A program made the translations under genes and the position numbers. 64,000 bases of DNA from an uncultured Planctomycetota bacterium (lineage in GTDB: Bacteria > Planctomycetota > Planctomycetia > Pirellulales > Lacipirellulaceae), in NCBI GenBank assembly GCA_963719315.1, contig CAVRBU010000003.1, positions 128,001 through 192,000 of the forward strand. The letters run 5' to 3'. Position 1 is the stretch's first letter. Every line of letters begins with the position of its first letter. This document shows, in pieces, positions 19,787 to 29,647 of this stretch. The notes under the pieces were generated by a model that saw nothing but the letters and a program-made list of their open reading frames with translations, was not told the DNA's origin and searched no databases.

Positions 19787-19984
19787 TTGACCGTGATTCG
19801 GATATCAAGGTAAAATTAAGTGGGTTGGCACGGGCCGCGAGTTGCTCGCGGTTCAGCTAGCCCGCTCAGTACGGCATCGACGCGGCCAGTCCTGCATGTT
19901 GGATGGGTTGGCCGCCGCCGATACCCCCATGCGGCGACTGCAGGATGGACCTTCCTTGAGCAGCTGCTGCGGAAGGACCGGTCT
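19787..19984 (+). promoter_or_regulatory. putative promoter and structured 5' leader
   Basis: TTGACC-18nt-TAAAAT, then hairpins at 19835-19851 and 19886-19948 before the ATG at 19985. Confidence 0.45.
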
Positions 19985-20515
19985 ATGTACCAAGACGCAC
20001 GCCTGTCGGCAACTCGCCGCTTCTTTACGGGGCTCACGGAATACGCCTTCGAAGCCCGCTTGGGCGTAGCCGACCCGCCGCTCGTGGACTATATCGCCGA
20101 GTTGCTGGTGCGTTTCGTGCGCTCCGATGAGTTGTACCCGGTGCGTTCCGTGCGCGGCCAACGGCTGGTGGCGGTGACCGATATGTTGGCTGAAGCGCAG
20201 CACCGCGAAGGACCCGCGCGGCAGAAGGTGCACCGCCACATCGGCGACTTCACGTTGTTCTGGACGGGCGTCTACCCGGAAGTCGTCGATCATCTCCGCC
20301 GCGGAAGCAAAGACGCGCTCATCGATTACGGGCAGCAAGGCAAGCGCGCCTACTGGATCGCGAGCACGATCCCAGTCGAAAAAGAAGTGCCGACGCCGGA
20401 CGTCCTGAAGCGGTTGAGCGAGCAGTTCGATCTGTGCGTGTACGGCCTAGGCGAAGTCCGCCGACAATGGGAACAACAGGGCGGCGATGCGGATGCGCCG
20501 TTATTGTTGGGGTGA
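19985..20515 (+). CDS. conserved hypothetical protein (PVC-type)
   Basis: FFTGLTE..F..LGVADPPLVDY...LLVRF..HRHIGDFTLFWTGVYPE..DY..QGKRAY. Confidence 0.85.
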   Translation: MYQDARLSATRRFFTGLTEYAFEARLGVADPPLVDYIAELLVRFVRSDELYPVRSVRGQRLVAVTDMLAEAQHREGPARQKVHRHIGDFTLFWTGVYPEVVDHLRRGSKDALIDYGQQGKRAYWIASTIPVEKEVPTPDVLKRLSEQFDLCVYGLGEVRRQWEQQGGDADAPLLLG

Positions 20516-20610
20516 CTTGCGGTATTAGATGAAGCTGTACGGTCTCACGCCCTGTATCAGCAATCGAGGCGGGGGTGCAATTGGTCGTGATTTGCAGTCG
20601 CGATGCAACG

Positions 20611-20805
20611 TTATTCGCCGGCCATCTCGCGCCATAGTTGAGCCACCACGCTCCTTAATTGTGGAATCTTATTGATAACTATATCCCAGACGATTTCGTA
20701 GTCTACGCCGAAGTAGCCGTGGATCAGCCGATCGCGCATGCCGGCCATCGCCCGCCATTTTATTTCCGGGTGTTGTTGACGAAAGTCGTCGGCAACGTGC
20801 TTCGT
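20611..20805 (-). pseudogene. HepT/DUF86 HEPN RNase toxin, C-terminal half only
   Basis: manual translation KHVADDFRQQHPEIKWRAMAGMRDRLIHGYFGVDYEIVWDIV (RX4H motif); no start, N-half missing. Confidence 0.85.
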
Positions 20806-21015
20806 CTATTCACCATATTCCGCCTCTTGCAGAATGCGCGGCCCGATATCCGGGCTGAGCGACTCGGGCGTCAGCGCGTCGACGCGCCGCTGGAGCGTTT
20901 CCTCCTAAAACTCGCATACTGCGAAAAAGTTGTCGAAGGTCTTTCGACCAGGAAGAAACTCCACGAGGAAGTCCGCATCGCTATCGGCGCGCTGTGTATT
21001 GCGAGAAAAAGAACC

Positions 21016-22534
21016 GTAACACACCAGCCGTCTGAAGTTGATCTTGGTTAAATTGCTGGAAAGGGTTATGTCCATGGGTTATGGCAGTGGACACGCAGTT
21101 GATCTCCGAGAAGACGGTACAAGCGTTGCGCGCCGCAGAGCTGAGCCGTCATCAGGCGGAAGCGATTTATGCGCGCGGCAAGGAAGCGGTGGTTTTTGCG
21201 TTGTTGGAATTGACGAAGGAGCTGGCCGAGTCGAGGGCCAAGAGTAACGATTGCTCGGTGACGCCGTCGACGCCTTCGGGGATGGTGCCGATTTACCAAA
21301 AGCCGGCCCAACGCAAACGGGGAAAGAAACCGGGAGCCAAGCACGGTCATCCGGGTTCGCGTCGGCCGCCTCCGGAGCGGATCGACTGGCAAGTCGACCA
21401 TCGCATCCGCTCGTGTCCCGATTGTGGCAGCCGCTTGCAATCGTGCCAAGAAATCCGCACCCGCTATACGGAAGACATTCCGGACATCCAGCCGGAAGTC
21501 ACCGAACACACGATCCATCGCGACTGGTGTCCAGCGTGCCGCAAAAAGGTCGAGCCACCGGTGGTCGCCGCGTTGCCCGGCGCGACGCTGGGCAACCGCG
21601 TGCTGGTGCTCAGTGCTTGGCTGCACTACGCTTTGGGCAACACGCTCTCGCAAATCGTCGAAGTCTTCAACTTCCATCTGCAACTCAAGATCACCCCTGG
21701 CGGCTTGCTGCAGATGTGGCAGCGGCTGCAGAAAATCCTGTTTGCCTGGTACGAGCAGATTCACTCCGAAGCGCTGGCGTCGGCCGTGTTGCACGGGGAC
21801 GAGACCGGCTGGCGAACCAATGGCAAAACGCACTGGCTGTGGTGCTTCAGCAACCAGTCGGTGACGTACTACCTGATCGACCGCTCGCGGGGCAGTCCGG
21901 CGCTGGCCAAATTCTTCGTCGACGAGTTTGCGGGCACGTTGATTACAGACTTTTGGAGCGCGTACAACGCGGTCACTTGCGCTGCGCGACAAACGTGCCT
22001 GGTGCACTTGCTGCGCGAGTTGGAACAGACCGAAAAATACAAATCGCCGGGCCAACATTGGCCTCTGTTTGCCAAGAAGTTGCGGCGTCTGGTGGGCGAC
22101 GCGATTCGGCTGTGGCGACGCAAGCCGGATCTGTCCGCCCAAACGTACGCTTCGCGGCGGGATTGTCTCGCCCGGCGGTTGGCGGAGCTCGTCGGCGGGT
22201 CGTGGGAAGATGCTCACGCCAGACGTTTGGTGAAGCGTCTCCGGCGGCATCAGCACGACTTGTTGACGTTCCTCGATCACGACGACGTTCCTTTCGACAA
22301 CAACCACGCCGAGCGTTCGATTCGCCCCGCAGTCATCCTCCGCAAAAACAGTTACGGCAATCGCAGCCAACGGGGAGCCGAATGCCAGGCGGTCCTCATG
22401 ACCATCTTTCGCACCCTCAAACAGCGCGGCCACGATCCCATTCGTACAGTCATCGCGGCGATTGAAACCTACCTCGAAACCAAACAACTACTGCCCCTGC
22501 CTGAAAAAACTGCTTCAGGCAACTGATGTGTTAC
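21016..22534 (+). mobile_element. complete IS66-family element (single-ORF, ISBst12-like organisation)
   Basis: TIRs GTAACACACCAGCCGTCTGAAG / GTAACACATCAGTTGCCTGAAG (18/22); 8-bp TSD AAAGAACC at 21008-21015 and 22535-22542. Confidence 0.95.
21081..22526 (+). CDS. tnpC: IS66 transposase TnpC
   Basis: KKPGAKHGHPG, CPDCG..CPAC zinc finger, HGDETGW, LITDFWSAYN, QTCLVHLLREL, DNNHAERSIRP. Confidence 0.96.
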   Translation: MAVDTQLISEKTVQALRAAELSRHQAEAIYARGKEAVVFALLELTKELAESRAKSNDCSVTPSTPSGMVPIYQKPAQRKRGKKPGAKHGHPGSRRPPPERIDWQVDHRIRSCPDCGSRLQSCQEIRTRYTEDIPDIQPEVTEHTIHRDWCPACRKKVEPPVVAALPGATLGNRVLVLSAWLHYALGNTLSQIVEVFNFHLQLKITPGGLLQMWQRLQKILFAWYEQIHSEALASAVLHGDETGWRTNGKTHWLWCFSNQSVTYYLIDRSRGSPALAKFFVDEFAGTLITDFWSAYNAVTCAARQTCLVHLLRELEQTEKYKSPGQHWPLFAKKLRRLVGDAIRLWRRKPDLSAQTYASRRDCLARRLAELVGGSWEDAHARRLVKRLRRHQHDLLTFLDHDDVPFDNNHAERSIRPAVILRKNSYGNRSQRGAECQAVLMTIFRTLKQRGHDPIRTVIAAIETYLETKQLLPLPEKTASGN

Positions 22535-22699
22535 AAAGAACCAAACAGCGCCAAGCGTCTTACGCCATGCGAGAGGAGTTCTGGGCGTAGAACGCCGATA
22601 CGATCAATTACTTCGCGTCGATTTGCACTCGCTGCGACAATGTTACCACTATACGCCGAATGTTCGGCAAAACGACACCGGACAAAGGAGTCCGCGTTG

Positions 22700-23626
22700 T
22701 CACGTCACTAACCCCTTCGTCACCAACATAAACACGTCCTCTAACGTCGGCTCTTTATCGGCGAAGCTGACTAGGCCGCAGTTGGCGTTGGCGAGTTGGC
22801 GGAGGAGGCGTTCGATGTCGGCGTCTTGGCCGTCGATTTCGACGGTGCAATTGCGGTGATTCATTTGTACGTCGCGGACCTTCGGATCGCTGCGGAGCAG
22901 GCTCACGCCCGCCTCGGGGCTGCCGGCGAAGCGGACTTCAATGTGCCGGTTACGCCGAATCTGGCGATAGACCGTTTCGATCGGACCGTGGAGCAGCAAT
23001 TGGCCGCGCTCGATGATCCCGATGCTCGTGCAGCAATCGGCCAGCTCGGTAAGAATGTGGCTGGAAATCAAGATCGTCTTGCCCATCGTGCGGAGCTCTT
23101 TGAGCAGCGCTTTCACTTCCAGCCGGGCCCGCGGGTCGAGGCCGCTGGAGGGTTCGTCGAGGATCAGAACCGGCGGATCGTGTACGAGCGTTTTCGCCAG
23201 GCACAGCCGCTGTTTCATGCCGCGCGAGAGTCCGTTGACGAAATCGTCGCGCTTGTGCGTCAGGTCCAAAAGTTCCAGCACGTCGCCGATGACGGCTTTC
23301 CGTCGGCTCCGAGGAATCTGATACGCGACAGCGAAGAAATCCAAAAACTCCCAAACCTTCATGCCGTCGTACACGCCAAAGTTATCGGGCATGTAACCGA
23401 CGCTCTTGCGGACGCCGATCGGGTCGTTCGTTACGCTATGCCCGTTGACTGTGCCTTCGCCGGCCGTGGCCCGTAGCAGAGTTGCTAGAAAGCGAATCGT
23501 CGTGCTTTTGCCCGCGCCGTTGGGACCGATGAACCCGAACATCTCACCCGCGCCGATCTTGAGATTCAGGTTCTGCACGGCAACGAAGTCGCCGTAAACC
23601 TTCGTAAAATTGCGAAGTTCGATCAT
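22700..23626 (-). CDS. ABC transporter ATP-binding protein
   Basis: GPNGAGKST Walker A, LSRGMKQR signature, LILDEP Walker B, SSH. Confidence 0.96.
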   Translation of the reverse strand: MIELRNFTKVYGDFVAVQNLNLKIGAGEMFGFIGPNGAGKSTTIRFLATLLRATAGEGTVNGHSVTNDPIGVRKSVGYMPDNFGVYDGMKVWEFLDFFAVAYQIPRSRRKAVIGDVLELLDLTHKRDDFVNGLSRGMKQRLCLAKTLVHDPPVLILDEPSSGLDPRARLEVKALLKELRTMGKTILISSHILTELADCCTSIGIIERGQLLLHGPIETVYRQIRRNRHIEVRFAGSPEAGVSLLRSDPKVRDVQMNHRNCTVEIDGQDADIERLLRQLANANCGLVSFADKEPTLEDVFMLVTKGLVT

Positions 23627-23669
23627 GGCACTGGATGCAGATACGGGATGCGGGGGCAAGGATATTGTA

Positions 23670-23764
23670 AGACATGGAGACAAGGAGTGGGGGAGACAAG
23701 TTGAAGACGAGACAAGGAGAAATGATGCACTGAACGAATCTCCTTGTCTCCCCTCTCCTTGTCT
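23670..23764. repeat. inverted pair of AGACAAGGAG tandem repeats
   Basis: AGACATGGAGACAAGGAG..GGAGACAAG..GAGACAAGGAGA vs TCTCCTTGTCTCCCCTCTCCTTGTCT. Confidence 0.8.
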
Positions 23765-23767
23765 AAA

Positions 23768-26364
23768 TTACTGCTCTAGCGGGTCTTTTTCTCTTGGATC
23801 GTCTTCAGTGGCTTTGATCTCGCGACGGGTGTTTTTATCTTTTTCGGGTGGCGATGGCGGGGCGTATTGCAGGTGGACGACCACCAGCGTCGCCCCACGG
23901 ATTTGCGAGGCGGTGGGAGTGATGTTTTCGCCGGGCAGCACTTCATCCACCCGGGCCACCAATCGCGTTTCACCTCCTTCCATATGCCTCGGGTCGAGCG
24001 CGAGTTGAAACATGGGTTCCAGGTTCAGTCGCGAAGTTTTGATCATGCGGGCTTCGGCCGTACGTTCATCGCTAAAGAAATGTTTCTTGTCTGGCATGGC
24101 AGACATGCGTTCGCTGGTCGGTGCCGATTGGCCGGGGAGCAGGTCGCCGATCCAGCGGCCTTCGAAACTGCGGCGCTTCTTCGGATCTTTGCTGTTCAAC
24201 TCCTCATCCGTCGGTTTGCGGAGGATACACACGCTGTGAAGCTCGAGCTTGGTGTGGTTCTCGATCTGTGCGCTGCCCAACGCGGCTGACTTGCCCAGGC
24301 GAATGGGACCATCCAGTGTATGCATCTGTTCGCTGTGAATCATCCCAGTCGTGTTCGAGGAAATCGGCAAGCCGACGAGGCGCACATCGTCGTACCTCTG
24401 GAAATTGACCGGCGTCAACTGCTGTCCGATTAGCATTTGAAAGTCGGTGTTGCGGGGGAACGGCGCGACTAACGTCGTGCCATTCTCGGACTTGAAATCG
24501 TACGTGGTCGAAAGCGATGTGTAGAGCGCGGTGTAGCGCGAGAGGTGCGTCCGCGCGTGCTCCGGCTGCTGTTCGAGGATCCCGATTTCCGTTTGGGCGC
24601 GCACAAAGCCGATATCGAGTTGTGCCCGCTGCACAATGATCCAGGTCCCGCCCAGAGCGATGGCCGGAGCGGCGATCCAGGCCCATTCGATGCGGCCGAT
24701 CGTGCGAAAGATGATCCAATTCAGCGGCACGAGGGCGACCAAATAAGCAGCCAGGCAGAGGACGACGAAGTCCGCCCCGGGTACTTCGACGCCGGCCGCT
24801 TCCAGCAACGCGATCCGCGCTGCTTCGGCCGAGGCGCTGAAATCGTTCCAGGCCCCGATGCCGCCGACACTCGTGGTCGGCCGGTATTCGGTCCGCGTGA
24901 TCGGCTGGCCGCGTTGGTTGAAATTCGGGTAGTTGGGATCGTTCGTTACGTTTTGGTAGTGGTACGAAGTATCAACGCCCAGATCGCGCGCGAAGTATCG
25001 GAGATTGGTGTTGAGGGCCGCGTCCAGCCGGTGCTCTTTCAAGCTGTCGGCGGCCCAAGTCAGCGTTACTTGATCGTAAAAACCTGGGAGGTATTTACGA
25101 GCCGGCCGGCGCATTAAGCAGGCGTTGAACAAACTCTCAAAGCCCGAACGCCAATTGATCAGGTCGCGTTCAGTGAGTTGCATGGCGGAAACAACGATCT
25201 GACCGCGGCCAATCTGCCGCTCCACGAACAGTCCACCCGTATTCGGTAGCTCCTTGCGCCAACATTCGGAACGGGCACGAGCTTGATCGCCGACCAGGGC
25301 TTGGCGGGCTTGAGCGGTTCGCCGGGCGCCTTGGGCGTCGAGACCAACCAATGCTGATTCAATGCAGCGATCTCCGGACTATCGACCCCGATCTTCACCG
25401 GTCCGCCGCTCGTCGCGGGCAAATACGGTTCTAGGAACGAGCCCTTTAACAGGTCGAGCGAATCCGGGCCGCTGATGATGAGTTGCCCGCCCCAGTGAAT
25501 CCAATCGACGAGGGCCTTCTTCTGATCGGGCGAGAACGGGTCGCCTGGATCGACTTCGTCCCACAACACGTATGCAATCGAGGTCCAAGTGAGCGGGTTA
25601 TCGGGGAGTGCGACGGTTGGTCCGGCGGCCAGCGGCACGACGCTATACATCATCGAATCTTTGAGTTCGTCGGAATCGGTCTCGCCGCCGAAAGGCACTT
25701 TTACGCAATCAATTGTTTTGATGTACGCGTAGCGCGCGGGTTCTTTGGCCAATATCACGAAGTGGTATTGGTAAGAGGGCATCGGCGTGAGCGTCGTACG
25801 CAGCGGTGTTTGGCCGAATCCTATGCTGCGCTCTTCTAGCTCGGACGAGAGGTACAAATACTGCCTCGTTTCCGAAACGACCGGAATTACTGGAATGAAT
25901 AAGGTTGTTTCGGTCGCTTTCTTCCGGCCCTTATTCAGCAGTACCGGTCGACTCGCGCGCACGTTAAACGGCGTGTTGGCGACGGGGAAAGGTCGGTTCT
26001 TGGCATCAACGACCGACATCCGCGAGTCGCCCACGAAGTCGCGATAATTCGCCAGCATCTCCTGGCTGATGGCTTCCCAATGCCCCGGCTTGACCAGTGG
26101 CATCTGCGTCTTCGGCTCTGCAGGCATTACGATCGGCGTGAATAGTTCGAACTCGTTTTTGTGGCCCTTCTTCTCCTCTTCTTCCTTTTTTTTCTGCTCC
26201 TCGGCAAGCTTGGCCGCTTCATGCGGATCGACGAAGAAGCACCCCCGGAGCGTGCCGAACGCGATCACGCCAAAGACCAAAAGCAAGAGCAGCGCCGCGG
26301 CGATCGCCCACGGCGACCACTTCGTGCGTTCCTCGGCTTCTAGATCGGTTGGTTCGATGGACAT
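23768..26364 (-). CDS. large planctomycete membrane protein, probably an ABC-associated accessory, frameshift near 25260
   Basis: joins ORFs 25159-26364 and 23768-25351; N-terminal TM, WTSIAYVLWD..ALVDWIHWGGQLIISGP, TM pair YLVALVPLNW..EWAWIAAPAIA. Confidence 0.8.
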
Positions 26365-26495
26365 AGGCGTTTCGGTGCGCTATTCATTATACCGCCGCGC
26401 GCGTGCGACGCAGTAGTGGTCGCAAGGACGATTGGCGAGGGACCAAATCGGTGTTTTGGAAAGAGAGGTTTGCTTTTCAATCTTTCCCGCCATGC

Positions 26496-26630
26496 TTTCG
26501 TCGGAGAAGTAGTCCCGCTATTCCGGTCACCGCAGCAATTGAGAAAACCATGACCAGGCAAATAGACGCCGCGCGGTCATCCACGCCGTAATGCAGCAGC
26601 TGGAAGACTTGGATCGAGAGGGCCGTGGCC
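26496..26630 (-). repeat. orphan 135-bp copy of the permease 3' end (direct repeat of 29664-29798)
   Basis: 120/135 identical by manual alignment; reads ATALSIQVFQLLHYGVDDRAASICLVMVFSIAAVTGIAGLLLRRK then HGGKD*. Confidence 0.92.
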
Positions 26631-28616
26631 TCAAGCCGCATTCAGATACCGCGAGCGGCGACCGGCTACAACCGCAACGCCCGATATCATGAGCAACCAA
26701 TAGGATGGCTCGGGAACACTCGCGGCGACACCGATGCCTGCGGATAGATTGTTCCGCCAGACTACATAATCGGCCCCGTCGATGATGCCATTGCTGTTGC
26801 CATCTGCTCCAGTTCCGGGAGTAACGATATCGCCGAAACCACTTCTCCATACTGTGTAGTCTTGAGCATCAACCACTGAATCGCCGTTGTAATCGCCCTG
26901 AACAACCAACGGCGGCGCGACACCATACCACCATGCAAGTGCATAGTCCTGACCAGCTTGACCCTGAATATCGGAATCGGTCTGGCGAACCCAAATCTCG
27001 TATTCGTCCGTTGTCTCTATTTGGAAAAAAATGTGCTGAAGAGTACCCTCGGCAGAATTTGATTGTGCCACCGCCTGCATGGGGGTCGCAGAACCCTTAG
27101 GCAATAGAAATAAGTCCAAGTTGTTGATGAGATCGTCGTTATCCGGCGTTGGAAATGTAGCCGTCGATGGGTTAAAGGTATCGCCAATGTCATATTCACC
27201 GTCCATGTCGGCATCCGATTGAAAAGTGACTTTTCGGTCCCACGCGAGCGTAATCGATATGAAGTGATTGGCTAGCAGTGAGCCGGCCAATGGATACTTG
27301 TTGATGTTCGTCGCACCAGTCGTGTGACCGTAGTCCCATGCTATGTCGGGAACATCGCCAGAATTCGGCGCGTATTCGCCGGGCAGAAATTGCTGCAGAG
27401 CCCGCTTCGCGTTGAGATGACCCGCTCCCATTTGATCGTCGAGCGGTGTGGGGCCGCCACCACCTTGCAACCCATCATCATACGCCTCGGAAGCCAGCCA
27501 ATCGTTACCACTTTGGTCCAGTACGGTGCGTTCCATTCCAAGCAGGCCACCCTGCGGTACTGCAACTCCATTGACCTCAACGCTGCCGTCATCGATAAGT
27601 TTGTCCGCAGAATTCATCAGCACGGCCTTCATCACCTCGTGCCGGCGCGCGTTTGCTCCCCAACGCGGGGCACCCGCATTCATAATTCTTTCTTCGGCAT
27701 ATTGCTGCAATAAGGCGACAGTGCCGACTACGTGTGGAGCGGAGTAACTCGTTCCACCAATCGAAGTTGTCACGTCACCAACGTTCGCCAACTTGACGTT
27801 TTCACCTGGCGCTAGCAAATCAATGGAAGTCCGATCCCCTTCGGCATCGCGGTCATACTGGTTTCGGTCCGCGACCTAGCGATACACGCCGTCAACTCTT
27901 ACAGAGGAAGCGATATCCATTCCATTAAAGTTGTCTGTGGGAATCGAATTCGTATCGCTGTCCTCGTTGCCAGCAATCACGTACAGCACATCGTGGTGGG
28001 CGGCTGACCAGTCGACGAACTGCGTCAAGAGTTGATTGCCATTCCTAATCGTCCCCGTGAACGGCAAGGCAAAACTCATGTTGATGGTGCGCACGTCGGT
28101 GCCAGCGAGCGTGGCAAGGTGTTGGTTCGTGATTGCTACTGCTTCATCATTTCCGACAAGAACTGTTATCGGGTTGTACCCTGCCGAGAACAAGCTTGCC
28201 CCTGGTGCAACGCCCGTTGGCGAATCACCGTCGTTGTCTGGAATACTTGTATCCGTCGAGATCATCACACCCGCAACGCGAACTGCATGCGGCTCGACTT
28301 CGGTGTCTTCGTCCGCGGTCGGCGTGAAATCAGGCGGCGGGGGCGGAAATGTGGCCACCTCATGTCGAAAGAAAACGTCTTCAGGAATAACCCTCGAATT
28401 AAGAAGCACTCCGTCAGTGTCGAAGTCTGGCTTACCAGACCGATGACGCTCAACTTGGCCAATCGCAATTCCCACTCCGGTCAATGGCGCACCATTGAAA
28501 TCGCGAAGGCCCGCGGAATTGATGCCGTTCGGCCCGATTGTTACAGTGCTTCCAAATGTATCGCTGACAGTCACTATTAAGCATATCAATGTGATTAAAC
28601 TGATAGGACTTTTCAC
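26631..28616 (-). pseudogene. S8 subtilisin-like serine peptidase with dockerin-like and PEP-CTERM tail, one in-frame TAG at 27876-27878
   Basis: signal peptide, HAVRVAGVM, AGNE, GTSYSAPHVVG (catalytic Ser), GDYNGDSVVDAQDYTVWR, VPEPS; ORFs 27876-28616 and 26631-27818 share a frame. Confidence 0.85.
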
Positions 28617-28705
28617 TTTTCAGCCTCCTTGATTGGTATGGAGCAGACTAGATTCGGAATCCGCATGATCATTCGAATTCACTGACGGCAGGGGCGGTTA
28701 TCGCT

Positions 28706-29332
28706 TTATTCCACTTCAACCTTTCGCATCAGGCTGATCGTTGTTCGATCCAAATCGAACAACTCGATGTCATAAGTCCCAGGATTCAGCGTGCCAAGTG
28801 GTGCCCAATAGTAATACAACAGCCCATCTCTGGTCGCACCAGTAGGCGGAGACTCGCGAAAAGCCAGTCGTATTGTTTTGTCTTTGACCTTTATGCTTTC
28901 GACGGTCCACCAAGTAGGATCGCTTGGCCCTGTGCCAAGGTAGGCGACCAGCCAGTGGCTGCCACGAATTGGATGCACAGTATTGACCGCCGCTGGCGTG
29001 CGGGCCGCACGTGAACCAAGGAGGATTCTAGTACTCGCCCTAACCGCATCTTGAACCGTCGTCGCATCGATCAGAAACGCATTCGATGCGCCTGAGTGGG
29101 TGTTTTGCTCAATCTTTCCGATGTAGTTGTAGTACGCCTTATTGTCTCGCTTGCCGTCCTCTTGTCGAAACACATTATTCGCGGGCTCCATGCCTTTTTG
29201 TGGGCCGGTCGTAACCACTGACGACAGTGGGACGATTCGCTCCGAGCTTTCACTGGTTTCGCCCAGTGATGTATGTCCCATTGTCGCGAGTTGGATCACG
29301 GCGACAGCAAGACCAAATTCTAGAGGTTTCAT
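28706..29332 (-). CDS. secreted hypothetical protein, C-terminus reminiscent of PrcB-like domain
   Basis: signal-like N-terminus; WLVAYLGTGPSDPTWWTVESIKVKDKTIRL..YYWAPLGTLNPGTY. Confidence 0.65.
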   Translation of the reverse strand: MKPLEFGLAVAVIQLATMGHTSLGETSESSERIVPLSSVVTTGPQKGMEPANNVFRQEDGKRDNKAYYNYIGKIEQNTHSGASNAFLIDATTVQDAVRASTRILLGSRAARTPAAVNTVHPIRGSHWLVAYLGTGPSDPTWWTVESIKVKDKTIRLAFRESPPTGATRDGLLYYYWAPLGTLNPGTYDIELFDLDRTTISLMRKVEVE

Positions 29333-29647
29333 ATGTTGACTGTATTGAATGGATAGAAGTTGCACCCGAAATCAAACGCATACAGCCGAACCTAGCACAC
29401 TTCGCTTCTCAGTAGCAAACATATTTCGCAAGCACCAAAAACGAACAGCTACAAGAGAACTGGCAGTTGCAGTAGCAACGGCCATCCTGCGCGTTATGAA
29501 GCCATGCAATCGATAGAGTGCTCGTTCTACGCAAGTCCGGCAAAAGCCCTGACGGCAGTAGCTGTCAAAATGCCGCGACAATAAATTTCACGGACCATCC
29601 GAGGCCATCTTCCGACGAAGCTTTCAGATCGAACATTCACCCCGCAA

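Larger units (their letters stand above)
20806..22640 (-). pseudogene. MntA-type minimal nucleotidyltransferase antitoxin split by IS66
   Basis: removing the IS and one TSD copy gives ..LLSHGVRRLALFGSFSRNTQRADSDADFLVEFLPGRKTFDNFF..RVDALTPESLSP.IGPRILQEAEY; internal TAG at 20905-20907. Confidence 0.85.

Noticed and set aside
19830..19985. 6S or SRP RNA identity for the structured leader
   Set aside because: No long closing stem with central bubble and no SRP helix-8 motif; kept only as an unassigned structure.
20659..21051. 130-aa plus-strand ORF
   Set aside because: Antisense shadow of the minus-strand MntA/HepT remnants.
21066..22487. Long overlapping ORFs inside IS66 (473 aa antisense, 404 aa alternate frame)
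   Set aside because: No recognisable motifs; expected shadows in GC-rich coding DNA.
20905..27878. Amber recoding (pyrrolysine or alternative code) to explain two in-frame TAGs
   Set aside because: TAG is a normal stop in many genes here (vapC, guaB, glnD, mutM, priA, rnhA); both cases lie in accessory or decaying DNA.
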